Assembly: GCA_951406725.2 (NCBI GenBank) | Contig: OX597836.1 | Coordinates: 23,312,001 to 23,376,000, forward strand | Direction: 5' to 3' | DNA: 64,000 bases | Origin: Octopus vulgaris | Taxonomy: Eukaryota | Shown here: piece by piece, positions 12,003 to 25,455 of the stretch | Layout: every line of letters starts with the position of its first letter | Position numbering within the stretch: the stretch's first letter is position 1 | Position numbers and translations under genes: made by a program | Notes under the pieces: generated by a model | Told to the model about the DNA's origin: nothing | The model's input: only the letters and a program-made list of their open reading frames with translations | Databases searched by the model: none

Positions 12003-12072
<70 letters not shown>

Positions 12073-12103
12073 TGTATGTATATATATACATATATATATT
12101 ATA

Positions 12104-12288
12104 TAGATCGTTAGCTCCTACTCGCATTTTTTTCTCTCCTTGTTTTTTTTTTCTGTGTATCTTTCTGTCGAAGAGCGTAGGCTCGAAACGTAAAAGACTT
12201 TTTCTATTCCTGAGCGCTATACTAATACATTTGTTTGTTTGTACTCCACCTGCCTTCGTCTTTTGTTTATTTTCGCAAACTTCCCCTT
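12104..12288 (+). mobile_element. Short HHR-bearing element, family H1, between TA tracts
   Basis: One of four homologous ~185-200 bp copies (12104, 38886, 44944, 62970), each flanked by (TA)n. Confidence 0.8.
12160..12197 (+). ncRNA. Minimal type I hammerhead fold with CUGUCGA core
   Basis: TCTTT | CTGTCGA | A | GAGC-GTAG-GCTC | GAAA | CGT-A | AAAGA. Confidence 0.65.
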
Positions 12289-13478
12289 TATATATATATG
12301 TATATACACACACTTGTAATAAAATATATTTTACAAAATATGAAGTGAATGTAACAGTGTTTTAAATAATTGTCGTGACTCTGCCATTATACAATGGTGT
12401 GTTTTCTGTTTATAGAAAAAGGTAAAATGCAAACCAATCAACCGTAAACCAATCAAAGTCTATTGTGGGGTTGCGGAAAGGTACGTTACAGAGTATGCGG
12501 TGTATGTAGGGGTGGTTGAGGTGGCGTTGGTGTTGGTTGTGGTGTTGGTGGTGTTGGTGGTGGTGGTGGTGGTTGTGGTGGCAATATTCGTGTCGACGGT
12601 GGAGGTGTTTGGTTGAGCTAATATTGGTGGTGGTGGTGTCGGTGTGTGAGAGGCGGCAGCTGTTGTATTTCGTGTTGGTCGTGTTGGGAAAGGCATTGAT
12701 GGTGATGGTGATGGTGGCGGTTGTATTCCTGCCTGTGACTGTTAATAATTGTGGAAGTAATACATAATACTAGCGGTGTTGCTGTTGTCACAATGAGGGT
12801 GGGGGTGAGGTGGGGGGATACAATGGCTGTGGCTGGGGTGGGGGTGGGGGAATACAATGGCTGTGGCTGTGGCGGTAATGGTGGTTACGGTGGGTGTCGG
12901 AGAGCAAGCTTATCACTGAATTGAAACGACAGCAAATGTAAATATAGATATCACTCCGCTCGCCCCTAAACAAACCCACAGCCGAAGACTATTTAAAATA
13001 TGGGGCGGGTGTCTTAATAGCGTCGATGGGTGATGATTCATATAATACCCCTTTAGGTCAGTGGGGCACAATGACGAATGTACAAACATATTTTTATATT
13101 CTTAGGACGATCATCCCTTTAGTATATCGGGCTAATGTTTATTTAGATATGAATAGTGTACAAGAGAAGAAGGGAACACAGAAGAATAATTTAAGTAAAT
13201 ATTCATTCGATCTTATGACATTACGTTTGCTTACTTTGACAACACATTTAGAGTTGTTTGGGGAGTTCAAAGTTATGTTCCGAACGCGAGGCTGGCGAAT
13301 CGACATGGCGGCCACTTGTCAAGATCCAGTTACAACATCCGGAAGAAACGTATTAACTTAATCAATTTCGGTGTAACAAACAAACCCGAGTTTGACACCA
13401 GCCGACAACAAGCGAAACAGTGTCCCACGTCAAGTGATAGCACTATCCAGGAGTGTGATTGCTGTCCATCAATGTCAA

Positions 13479-13518
<40 letters not shown>

Positions 13519-14338
13519 GCATGTTAGAATGCATGCAAGTGTGTATGTATGTATGTATGTGTGTATGTATGTATGTATGTATGTGTTTGTTTGTATGTTT
13601 GTATGTGTGCATGTTTGCATGTGTGTATGTTTGTATGTGTGTATGTGTGTATGCATATATGTATGTATGTATGTATGTGTTTGTTTGTATGTTTGTATGT
13701 TTGTATGTGTGTATGTGTGTATGTATGTATGTATGTATGCATGCATGTATGTATGTGTGTGTATGATATATGTGTGTATGTGTTTATGCGTGTATGTTTG
13801 TATGCGTGTATGTTTGTATGTGTGTATGTGTGTAAGCATATATGTATGTATGCATGTGTGTATGGATGCATATATGTATGTATGCATATATAATCTATAT
13901 ATGTATGTCTGGATGGATGTATTGTTGTATATATGATGTTTGTATGTCTCTCTCTCACTCTCTCTCTCTCTCTATATATATATATATGTGTGTGTGTGTG
14001 TGAGTGTGTGTGTGTGTGTGCATACGTATAATACATGCATGTATATACGATGTATGTATGTATGCTTGCATATATGCATGAAGTATATAGGTATGACATA
14101 TGCATGTATACATGTATATATGATGGATGTATGCATGTACGTATGGGTGTTTTTATGACATACATATGTATGTATCACATATGAATGTATGCGACGTTCA
14201 GATTCTTCTTCTTCTCCTCCTTCTTCTTCTTCTTCTTCTCCTTCTTCTTCTTCTTCTTCTTCTTCTTCTTCTTCTTCTTCTTCTTCTTCTTCTTCTTCTT
14301 CTTCTTCTTCTTCTTCTTCTTCTTCTTCTTCTTCTTCT
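13479..14338. repeat. Degenerate (TCTG)/(TGTA)/(TG)/(TA) block followed by (CTT)n
   Basis: Read directly. Confidence 0.9.
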
Positions 14339-14760
14339 ATTCTAACACTTAAATAGACAATGAGGTGTAAAGGGAAATGGAGATTTTTTCCTTTCCATCC
14401 TTTCGGGGTTTGATGAAATAAAATGTCTCGGATATTGGTGTCAGAGGAATCGTTGCCCTTTAGAGTTTTTACCCATTAGAGAACCGTTGAGATATATTCC
14501 ATGTCGCATGGAATCCTAACATAAACAAACATTCACCGTATATCTCATAAAATATCTTCTGTAAAGTTAAAATTTCGTAAGACAAGCAAAACATTTTGTT
14601 TGCCTGATAACTGGTGCAAGCAAAAACTAACTTTAGTTTTTCTCGTTTTTACTGATAATGGAAAAGATAACAGAAATTAAATTGCTTTTTCAAGAGATCT
14701 CTTAAGGTTTTCCATCACACTTGAAAAATATCAAGCATATGTATTCACACACACACACAC

Positions 14761-14806
<46 letters not shown>

Positions 14807-15157
14807 ACCAATATCGTATACACACATAGCAACAGAACAGATAATAATTATTACAATAAGTTAATCTTTTAGTAAGAATATTGAAATGATGTAAGATAAA
14901 TGAAGGCAATAGGTCAATTGATTCTCTAATGAGAACCCTGCGCTTTGCCTTTGGTGTATAAAGATTTAATTCTAGGCCAAGCGTTTAGATAAACACACAT
15001 CGATTTCATCTTCAAGTGAATGGAGACGATTTCTGTCTGTGCTCTGAATAATTGTTAAGCGTGGGCAAAGGTTCCCTCACGCATGTAGCAAGTTGAAACC
15101 TGCAGCCGTAAAATATTCATTGCTTTTCTTTGTAGGACATGATATTCGTCTTTCACA

Positions 15158-15544
15158 GGAGGCGCAATGGCCCAGTGCTTAGGGCAGCGGACTCGCGGTC
15201 ATAGGATCGCGGTTTCGATTCCCAGACCGAGCGTTGTGAGTGTTTATTGAGCGAAAACACCTAAAGCTCCACGAGGCTCCGGCAGGGGATGGTGGTGATC
15301 CCTGTTGTACTCTTTCACCACAACTTTCTCTCACTCTTACTTCCTGTTTCTGTTGTACCTGTATTTCAAAGGGCCGGCCTTGTCACTCTCTGTGTCACGC
15401 TGAATATCCCCGAGAACTACGTTAAGGGTACACGTGTCTGTGGTGTGCTCAGCCACTTACACGTTAATTTCACGAGCAGGCTGTTCCGTTGACTCGGATC
15501 AACCGGAACCCTCGTCGTCGTAACCGACGGAGTGCTTCCATCCC
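15158..15544 (+). mobile_element. SINE family C, full length
   Basis: 14-bp TSD ATTCGTCTTTCACA at 15144-15157 and 15545-15558. Confidence 0.93.
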
Positions 15545-16634
15545 ATTCGTCTTTCACAGAAACCCAGAACTTGTTAGAATTAAGTCCTGAAGATGAACAG
15601 AAACCCCAGAGAATGAAATACCTCAATCTTTCACTTTGAGGATTTGAAGAGGAAAATAATGTTCGATTTTGATCAATGGTACTTTGTGGGTTGGATTTCA
15701 AAAGAATTTGATATTTACTGATATTCATCCTGAATCTGACCCAACTTGAACCGAAACATTTTCAGACTTTCTTTTACAATATGATTATTCTAAAGATTAT
15801 GAGTTCTTTTAAATCAGTGGTTCTCAACCATTTTAATAATCATATCTAAGTTATTAAGTTCTGTTGACATAAAACAGCGAACTTTCTAAAATTCTTCAAG
15901 TCTGATGACTGAAAAAAGTGAAAAAGTAAAAAAAGAAAGAAAAAAGATATGTATGTATGTATGTGTATGTTTGTCATTATTCAGCTTATTTCAAGATTTC
16001 TTGCTAATAGAGAAAGAACCGGTTTCTAACCTAGACCCAAGGTTCCTTCATTGGAATTTCAATACCAACAACAAGGTTTGTATGTAGGCATGTATGCATG
16101 TATGTACGTGCAGATTTGTATGCTGTCTGTATGTATGAATGTATGTATGCATGTATGTATGTATGTATGTATGTATGTATGTATGTATGTATGTATGTAT
16201 GTATGTATGTATGTATGTATGTATTCTGAAAATAATCAAAAGCGTAATAAAATTCTGCTTGTCTCAAAATTTCAACAGACCCGGATAAGCACATTTAAAA
16301 AAATGCTCATCAATAAAAATCCTTTTCAAAATGGTCACGGCAAAATGAAATTAAGACTTGTTTATAATATCCTCACGAAATGTAACAGTAATCTAATACT
16401 TCGCCTCATTATAAACAGCCAATATATTTTCTAGCTTCTTAAAATGGTATACGCCTAGATAACAATAGTACACGTGCACATAACCTACTCGCCTTCGATG
16501 CTTTCTGAAACACCTGATTCTCTTCCTGCCACTTATCCTTTGTGCAACTATATTTAACCAAATTTTCTACCTGTCACGATGAACTCCTCGAAACAGTAGG
16601 ACAAACAGTATTATAATTCTTTAAAGAAGCAGTG

Positions 16635-16719
<85 letters not shown>

Positions 16720-16810
16720 TTGTCTGTCTGTCTGTCTATCTATCTATTTGTCTGTCTGTCTCTATCTATCCATCCATCCATCTATCTATCTATCTATCTA
16801 TCTATCTATA

Positions 16811-16849
<39 letters not shown>

Positions 16850-16901
16850 TTGTATGTATGTCTGTCTATTTATTTGTCTGTCTATCTATCTATCTATCTA
16901 T
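16635..16901. repeat. (TCTA)n/(TCTG)n microsatellite
   Basis: Read directly. Confidence 0.95.
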
Positions 16902-17936
16902 CGAGATGCTTGAACAAAGTGGTAGTCGGTAGGCGAGAAGTCTGGTGAGTATGGCGCATGGGGCAGATTTTCGTAGCCCAATTCGTTCAACTTCTGCAGG
17001 GTCAGTTGTGCGACGCGCGGGACCGATAGTTGTCGTGGAGAAGAATTGGTCCTTTTCTGGCTGTTGTTGTCGGAGATTCTTATGCATTTCATCAATTTGC
17101 TGACAGTACTTCTCCGCCGTAATGGTTTCGCCTGGATCAAAAAAGCTGTGATGGATGAGACTGGCCGCAGACCACCAAACAGTCACCGTCACCGTCACCT
17201 TCCTTTGGTGCAACTTTGGCTTCGGGAAGTACCGTGGAACTTCGTTGGCGTCCAACCACTGAGCTGAGCGTTGCCGGTTGTCGTAAAGAATCCACTTTTC
17301 ATCGCAAGTCACAATCCGGTGGAGAAACGGGTCGTGCTTGTAGCATAAAAGAAGGGAAGACGACATTTCAAAACGGCGTTTTTTTTTGGTTGTCGTTCAA
17401 TTCGTGCGGCACCCATTTCTCAAGTATTTTTGTTTCTCCAATCTCTTCCAAGTGGTTGGAAATTGTCGTAAACGCTACGTCTAATTCAGAAGCAAGCTCT
17501 CGAATAGTTGTTCGTAGATTGGCTTCGACTAAGGCTCTCAGTTGATCATTGTCAACATTCGATGGCCGACTACTACGCTTATCATCTTCAAAACTCTCGT
17601 CACCGCTACGGAATTTCTTGAACCACCATTGTTCTGTACGTTCATCAGTGGTTCCTGGGCCAAACGCATCGTTGAAATCGCGAGGTCTTTCAGCAACTTT
17701 TCGGCCTAGCTTGAACTGGAATAAAAAATTGTGCGAATTTGCTTTTTGTCCATGTAGTATTCAACGTTCCGGAAAAAATGGCCTAATTATTAAAAAAAAG
17801 AAGAGTAACACGATTAGATCGATCAAAAAAGGGCTTCAAAATAATACATAAAGTCAAAGTAATTTAACGAAAATTAATTTGAAAATACATAATTTAAAAT
17901 CAAAATTTTAAACTACCCAAGAACTTTCTTAACAAC

Positions 17937-17940
<4 letters not shown>
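16901..17940 (-). pseudogene. Mariner element (Hsmar1/Mos1-type transposase pseudogene), 3' end lost
   Basis: ORF fragments IVTCDEKWILYDN..RSAQWLD, VTVWWS and [17 protein letters not shown] carry the DD34D motifs. 5' TIR TTAGGTTGTTAAGAAAG ends at 17940 next to TA. Confidence 0.92.
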
Positions 17941-17981
<41 letters not shown>

Positions 17982-17983
<2 letters not shown>

Positions 17984-18363
17984 TTACTCTTTTACTGTTT
18001 TATTTGTTTCAGTCACTTGACTGCGGCCATGCTGGAGTACCACCTTTAGTCGAACAAATCGACCCCAGGATTCATTCTTTGTAAACCTAATACTTATTCT
18101 ATCGGTCTCTTTTGCCGAACAGCTAGGTTGCCGGGACGTAAACACACCAGCATCGGTTGTCAAGTGATGGTGGGGAGAAAACACACACACAGACAGACAT
18201 ACACACACACTCACTACGGGCTTCTTTCAGTTTCCGTCTACCAGATCCACTCACAAGGCTTTGGCCGGCTTGAGGCTATAGTAGAAGACGCCCAAGGTGC
18301 CACGCAGTGGGACTGAACTCGGAACCATGTGATTGGTAAGTAAGCTACTTACCACACAGCCAC
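17982..18363 (-). mobile_element. SINE family A
   Basis: Homologous to 6418-6870. Confidence 0.9.
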
Positions 18364-18389
18364 ATTTTTATACATATACATATATACAC

Positions 18390-18790
18390 ATGTTTTTTTC
18401 CCTCTTCTATCTTTTCTATTAAAAAAAAAAATGTTTCTCCCTGCGTTCACTATTTTCCTCTCGTTCTGGATTTACGACCCTCCATGTTTGTTTTTGTTCG
18501 GTTTCCTTGTACGTCTTCACTGCCATTATTCTGTTCTCAACTTTGATCTTCCATAACTCCAAAATTTTATTTTAGAATTTATCGGAGTAACTGTCTTTGA
18601 AGACTCATATTGTCGTTGAATGCTCGAAATGAGGAGTATATTGACAGCCAACAACTGATGAAGGGTTTTTTTCTCTTTGTTAACTCGTCCTTCTTCCCCC
18701 TTTCCCGTTCGTTACGTATTTCTCTCGTTTTTCCGTCGTTTGTTTACGTATTTCATGTTATTTGTACTGTTGGTGACGTCCTGTACCCAT
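18390..18790 (+). mobile_element. T-rich short element ending at (TA)n, with a structured core (possible type II HHR)
   Basis: Same compositional layout as H1/H2. Contains CTCGAAA (18623-18629) followed by CTGATGA (18655-18661). Single copy in the window; boundaries approximate. Confidence 0.4.
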
Positions 18791-18799
18791 ATATATATA

Positions 18800-18885
<86 letters not shown>

Positions 18886-19069
18886 GGTTTTCCGGTTTCC
18901 TTGGCGTATAGGTTCCTTTTCTTTAGTAATCGACAGAACATTTTACACAATCTTCACATTAATTATTTTATTTTATTTGAATGCTGGCCACGAGTAAGTT
19001 CAGATTTATTATTTTTAATATAATTCAGTGAAATTGCTGACAAATCATTAAGAGCCCTTTTTGTTAAAG

Positions 19070-19268
19070 GCACAAGATTTGCAATTTTGGTAGAGGGGAA
19101 TATTCGATTACACTGACCCCAGTGTTCAACTGATAATTATTTTATTGACCCTGAAAGGATGAAAGGCAAAGTCGATCCCGGTGGAATTTGAAATGATAAC
19201 ATAAAGACGGACGAAATACCGCTCAGCATTTTGTCCGGCGTTCTAACGGTTTTGCCCGCACGCCGCCT
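19070..19268 (-). mobile_element. SINE family B, diverged
   Basis: GAAAGGATGAAAGGCAAAGTCGA..GGAATTTGAA block and head remnant. Confidence 0.8.
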
Positions 19269-20257
19269 CGGGAAAATCATTAATGTCAACAAAAGTCGAT
19301 GTTGTTCAACCACAAAACAGTGTTTTTGACCTTTTTTTTTTAGCACGAATAAAAAAAAAAAAAGACTTATAGCTTTTAGCGATGGATTTTTGTTGCAGGA
19401 ACAATTATGATTCGATCACATATCAGACGATCGATGAAATTCAAAGCTTTACTTTTCATTCCATTTTCTCGATCATCATATAATTGACCATTACGCATTA
19501 ATGAAATTTATTGGAAACAATCAAAATACGTTGGTTTTTCATTAACAATTAATTAATTATTTCACGAAGAACTTTGTCTAACTTTTATGACTAATCCACT
19601 GTCGTCGATAACATTTTTGTTCATCGCCGACAAAAACACACGGCTTGAAATACACATTTATACAAATCTATCAATCACTATTTTTACTTCGATCTCTCAT
19701 CTAATACACAAGTAATTTAGACAATTCACAGACGCTATTCACCCCAGTTTTCTCAATTCAATCATTTCAGAAAAATAGTTAAATTATTATTTTCTTACGG
19801 TCATTTTTATATTCGTCAGTTGCTTCTCAAACTATTGTAAATTCATTCTTTCGAGACAATGCATCAGAAGATGGCGATTTTAAACACTTATATGTATTTT
19901 GATGTATAAAAATGTATCTTTCTTTGATTCCAACATTTTTTTTACCTTCTTTTACTTAATTCTTTATTGAACAATTAATTATATTTCAATGAAGCAAACT
20001 ATTATTTATTTCAGACATAAAACAACGGGTCATGGATTAATTTGAGATAAACTTTCCTATCATGCTAATGACGATCGCATTGATAAGCGATAGGGGCAGT
20101 ACTGGATTTAGATAATCACTAAACAATGCTAGGGCCCCTCAAGCTGCATGTACCCTATCTTATATACATAAGTTATTAAAAGAGATATCTATGTGTTTTA
20201 ATATTTCGTTTTTGGATTTGGTTTGCAAGATTCTTTATATGAGTTCGTGTGTTGAAG

Positions 20258-20405
20258 CATATTCTGTTGTGTCTGGGGAGAGTCATTTTCTTTTTGTGTT
20301 TTATTATTTAACACACTCACCGGTAAAGTGGAAATTTTACCGGTGAGTGTGTTAAATAATAAGGCACAAAAAGAAAATGACTCTCCCCAGACACAACACA
20401 ATATG
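20258..20405. repeat. ~70-bp near-perfect inverted repeat with a short spacer
   Basis: CATATTCTGTTGTGTCTGGGGAGAGTC...CACCGGTAAA / TTTACCGGTG...GACTCTCCCCAGACACAACACAATATG. Confidence 0.9.
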
Positions 20406-22369
20406 TGTTTTAAATTTTAGTGAAATCTTTGGGTGGAATATTTGAAGAGGCGTCCTGCAAACTTATTGCTTTGGAGTCAACAAATCAAAAACTCGTCCTG
20501 AAGAGAGGGTACTGGCAGTAAATATATTTAATCTCGATCTGATCTTGGTTTTGGGGGCTTATAATGGCTTTCGGAAATATGGAGATATTTTTACCGTTTG
20601 CCTCTTGTGATTTTATTGTTATTGTTCCTGTATTCGACAGAGTATTCAACAAAATGTATGGGTCTGTTTATATTTCAATAAATTTTGATCAGATTCGCTC
20701 CTTTTCTTTTTTAATTTTTTTTTTTTTTGAAGTTGCGATGTATGTTGAAGAAATTCACGAAATTCATGAAACTGTATTGGAAATATTTGACGAAAAAAAG
20801 CATTGATGATTGAAATAATTGTTTCTAATTCATGTACAAGGTAAGCAGGGGTTAAATGAAGAGGTTAAGTCGAAACTATCGATCTCAGGTCTTGATTGGT
20901 ACTTGATTTGATCGAACCCGCAAAAATGAAAATACAATGTTGACGTCGATGTCATTTGAAATCACAACGTAAGGAACCGGACAAAATATCTGCCAGCAAT
21001 CGAGAGTTTAGCGGTTCATATCCAGTCACAGCTGGTGCGTCGTAAACATGGTCATGAATTGGTTACAAAACGAACAACAACAACCCGTAGACGTAGGACT
21101 AACAAACGGGTAGTGGGCGTGACGTTGAGGATCGTGTTGGTTGGTGACCACTACCCAGGAAATGCTCGGCTGATAAGTTCATATTTATCTATTACTTCAA
21201 TAACAACCAACAACAATAGGCAAATCTCAGCAAAATAAACAAAATGTAAACTGACCATCCTATTTCTCCACATTCCACATGTACACAGACATGCATTCTT
21301 AAAAAGAATCTAACTCCACTCAGCCGTGACCCTCTTTGACAGTGTCACTATAGCTTACACCACCACCGCCGCCACCACCACCACCAACAATGACACCACT
21401 GTCGCCATAACTATTACATCTGACTCCACCACCGACTTCGTCACAAACATCATCATCACCACCACCACCACCACACCATCCGCACTATTCGACTTTTATG
21501 CCAACCATAGGAACTGTTCGTTGTGGTGCAATGGTAGAGGTAGGGGTACCGAGGAAGTGGGTGTCTCTAACCAATCGCCCTTCTCAGATTACGCACACCT
21601 TACAGTCAGGTGAGAGAGGAAGGGAGGAGAAGTTCGCACCTGTTCAAGTAACAAGTTGACTTACTCGACTGCTTTACTAGTACACATTCATTCTCACATA
21701 TAAACGAGCCCAAAAATATATAAATACCTATTATAACTTTATAAAGTGAACAGAGCAAGTCTTTAATCGATCTCAGCCCAAAAAAGTAACACTTTACTTC
21801 CCATTATGTAAGACTTTCTTATACCGGAGCATAAACATATCACGCAGATAACACACTCTGCCGCTTGTCAAGTGTTGTGGCGTTAGTAAAGACATATAGT
21901 AACACACATACAACTCATCTCTCTCTCTCTCTCCTTTGCATACTTTATATATAAATATATATAAAGTTTGTAAAAGGAGATACGTAAGACAGAAAGACCT
22001 AGATAACAAAAACAGTTAAATAAGTTAAAAGAAAACACCGTCGTCTTGTAAGGTGGAGAGAGTGAAGGAAGGACGAGTTGAACAGTACTTATAACAACAA
22101 AAACAAAGCATTAACTACACAATTAAGGAAGTCGAAATATTTTTTTAAAAAAGAGGGGATATCTATACACTCAACGCAGGTAATTAAGATATACAAAGAG
22201 CAACTGGATTACCACTTTACAACATATTTCTACAATGTCGAAGGTAAGTGTTTACTTTATTGTCAGAGTTTTACACACACACACACACACAGACACACAC
22301 ACACACATTCACAATTATATTATCGTCAATTCATATCCGCTTGTTTCATGCTGCTATGGATTAGGCATG

Positions 22370-23116
22370 CAAGCACGCCGGGCTAAATACGTTGTGGGTA
22401 TTTCGTCTGTCTTTACGTTCTGAGTTCAAATTCCGCCGAGGTCGACTTTGCCTTTCATCCTTTCGGGGTCGATAAATTAAGTACTAATTACGCACTGGGG
22501 TCGATGTAATCGACTTAATACCTATGTCTGTCCTTGTTTGTCCCCTCTGCGTTTAGCTCCTTGTGGGTAATAAAGAAATAGGAATTTCGTCTGTCTTTAC
22601 GTTCTGAGTTCAAATTCCGCCGAGGTCGACTTTGCCTTTCATCCTTTCGGGGTCGATAAATTAAGTACCAGTTACGCACTGGGGTCGATGTAATCGACTT
22701 AATACCTATGTCTGTCCTTGTTTGTCCCCTCTGCGTTTAGCTCCTTGTGGGTAATAAAGAAATAGGTATTTCGTCTGTCTTTACGTTCTGAGTTCAAATT
22801 CCGCCGAGGTCGACTTTGCCTTTCATCCTTTCGGGGTCGATAAATTAAGTACCAGTTACGCACTGGGGTCGATGTAATCGACTTAATACCTATGTCTGTC
22901 CTTGTTTGTCCCCTCTGCGTTTAGCTCCTTGTGGGTAATAAAGAAATAGGTATTTCGTCTGTCTTTACGTTCTGAGTTCAAATTTTGCCGAGGTCGATCT
23001 TGCCGCTCATCCTTTCGGGGTCGATAAATTAAGTACCAGTTACGCACTGGGGTCGATCTAATCGATTGGGTCCCCTCCCCCAAAATTTCGGGCTTTGTGC
23101 CTAAAGTAAAAAAGGA
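22370..23116 (+). repeat. Tandem array of the SINE B body, 184-bp period
   Basis: TTTCGTCTGTCTTTACG recurs at 22401, 22585, 22769 and 22953. The first three units are near-identical; the fourth ends in a different 3' tail. Confidence 0.92.
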
Positions 23117-23209
23117 TACACACACACACACACACACATGGTACTTGCGTGTCGGTGATAAAGGTATTCTTATTTACGTTGTTCTATATAATTATAATAG
23201 CGTATTGCG

Positions 23210-23668
<459 letters not shown>

Positions 23669-24360
23669 ACTGATGCAACCAGAGGTCTTAAAGTAACACA
23701 TTTTTGCAGTGGAACTCGAAGTAAATAAAGGTATAAATAAAAACGTATAAAATTTCAGTGAAGAAAAAAAAACAAAACAAAAAAAACTGGAGGCTATCTT
23801 GAACTTTTCTTTTAATCCAAGTTTTTTTCTTTTTCTTTTTTTTTGTTAAAATCCAATACGCGCTTTTCTTACATGTAACGTTGTCTGACTGCAAAAAAAG
23901 TCTACTCTCGATTCTTCTAATGTAAACGCTAGAAATTCTAGTTTCAGCTGTGCTATTAATTCTTTGAAAACTAAATTCTTTCTGTAAGCATAAGACTCAC
24001 AAGACGAATACAGAAATGAACGAAAACTCTTTTACGTATCTCTTACACTAAGATCATCCATCTTCTCCAAAAGCCTGTGAGATGCTGGGGTCAAAACTTG
24101 AATCTTTTTTTCGGCCCGAAATGTGTGTGAACTTGCACAGTATGGACGGGGATACAGTTATATTGTCTTCTTATGCTAATATGAATTATTTATGCGTGCT
24201 TCTATTATGAATGTCAATTCATGATATGCAACTATGAACGTCTGTACGATTATGTGTCTATTTGTATGGGTTTATATAACTATATGGACCGGCGGTAAGA
24301 GGAAGTAGGGATGTATGTGGTCGAGCATTATCCACGTGTGTGTGTGCCTGCGCGTGTGTG

Positions 24361-24362
24361 TA

Positions 24363-24431
<69 letters not shown>

Positions 24432-24464
24432 GTCTATCTATCTATCTGTCTGCCTGTCTGTCTA

Positions 24465-24553
<89 letters not shown>

Positions 24554-24606
24554 GTATCTATCGATCTACCTGACTGTGTGTATCTATCTATCTGTCTGTT
24601 TGTCTG

Positions 24607-24659
<53 letters not shown>

Positions 24660-24668
24660 GTCTGTCTG

Positions 24669-24720
<52 letters not shown>

Positions 24721-24855
24721 ATCTATCTATCTATCTATCTATCTATCTGTCTGTCTGTCTGTCTGTCTACATGACTGTGTGTGTATCTATCGATCTACCT
24801 GACTGTGTGTATCTATCTATCTGTCTGTTTGTCTGTCTATCTATATGACTGTGTG

Positions 24856-24907
<52 letters not shown>

Positions 24908-24985
24908 CATCTATCTATCTATCTATTTATCTATCTCACTCTGTGTGTATGTCTCTCTCTCTCTCTCTCTCCCTCTCTCTCTCTG
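24361..24985. repeat. (TCTA)/(TCTG) compound tract with a duplicated ~60-bp interruption
   Basis: GTGTATCTATCGATCTACCTGACTGTGTG at ~24552 and ~24781. Confidence 0.9.
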
Positions 24986-25455
24986 TGAAAGTGAGTGGAG
25001 ATAGTGGGTAGGACGTTGTACTCACGATCGCAAAATCGTTGTTTTTATTCTCAAACCGGAAACACATTTTGTCGACATCAAACACACTAAAATATTTTTT
25101 ATTCGTAGAAAAACATAGAAATACATAAAAACTTGATGTCTTCAAAGTTTTTCAAAGCAACTCATTGTAATTTTAAAATTATCTGAACAATTACACTTCG
25201 AATGAAATATAATTTTCTTTTGTTTTTTAATCAACATCTGTGTGTTATGCTTAACATTCATCTTCAATCCCGTCTTGCCTATATTTGCGTTTCTTAGTAC
25301 AATGTAGATTTTCATTCTATTGCTTATCTTTATTGATGTTTGTTCCATATCGCCTACAACCCAGAATAAACGTTTCTTTTAACGTCCTCCTACATCGTAT
25401 CAATAATACTGAATTCTAAAATTGTCACACATTCACAGACGCAAGTGGAGCATAA

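Noticed and set aside
16571-16603. TGTCACGATGA..CGAAACAGTAGGACA possible decayed HHR
   Set aside because: Needs several corrections (missing U4, no stem II); insufficient support.
18610-18655. SECIS element (UGA..AAA..GA hairpin)
   Set aside because: The helix between the putative GA quartet and the AA loop is ~5 bp, far shorter than the 11-12 bp required.
22401-23060. CRISPR-like regular array
   Set aside because: Units are wholly repeated with no unique spacers and derive from a SINE; the context is eukaryotic with no cas genes.
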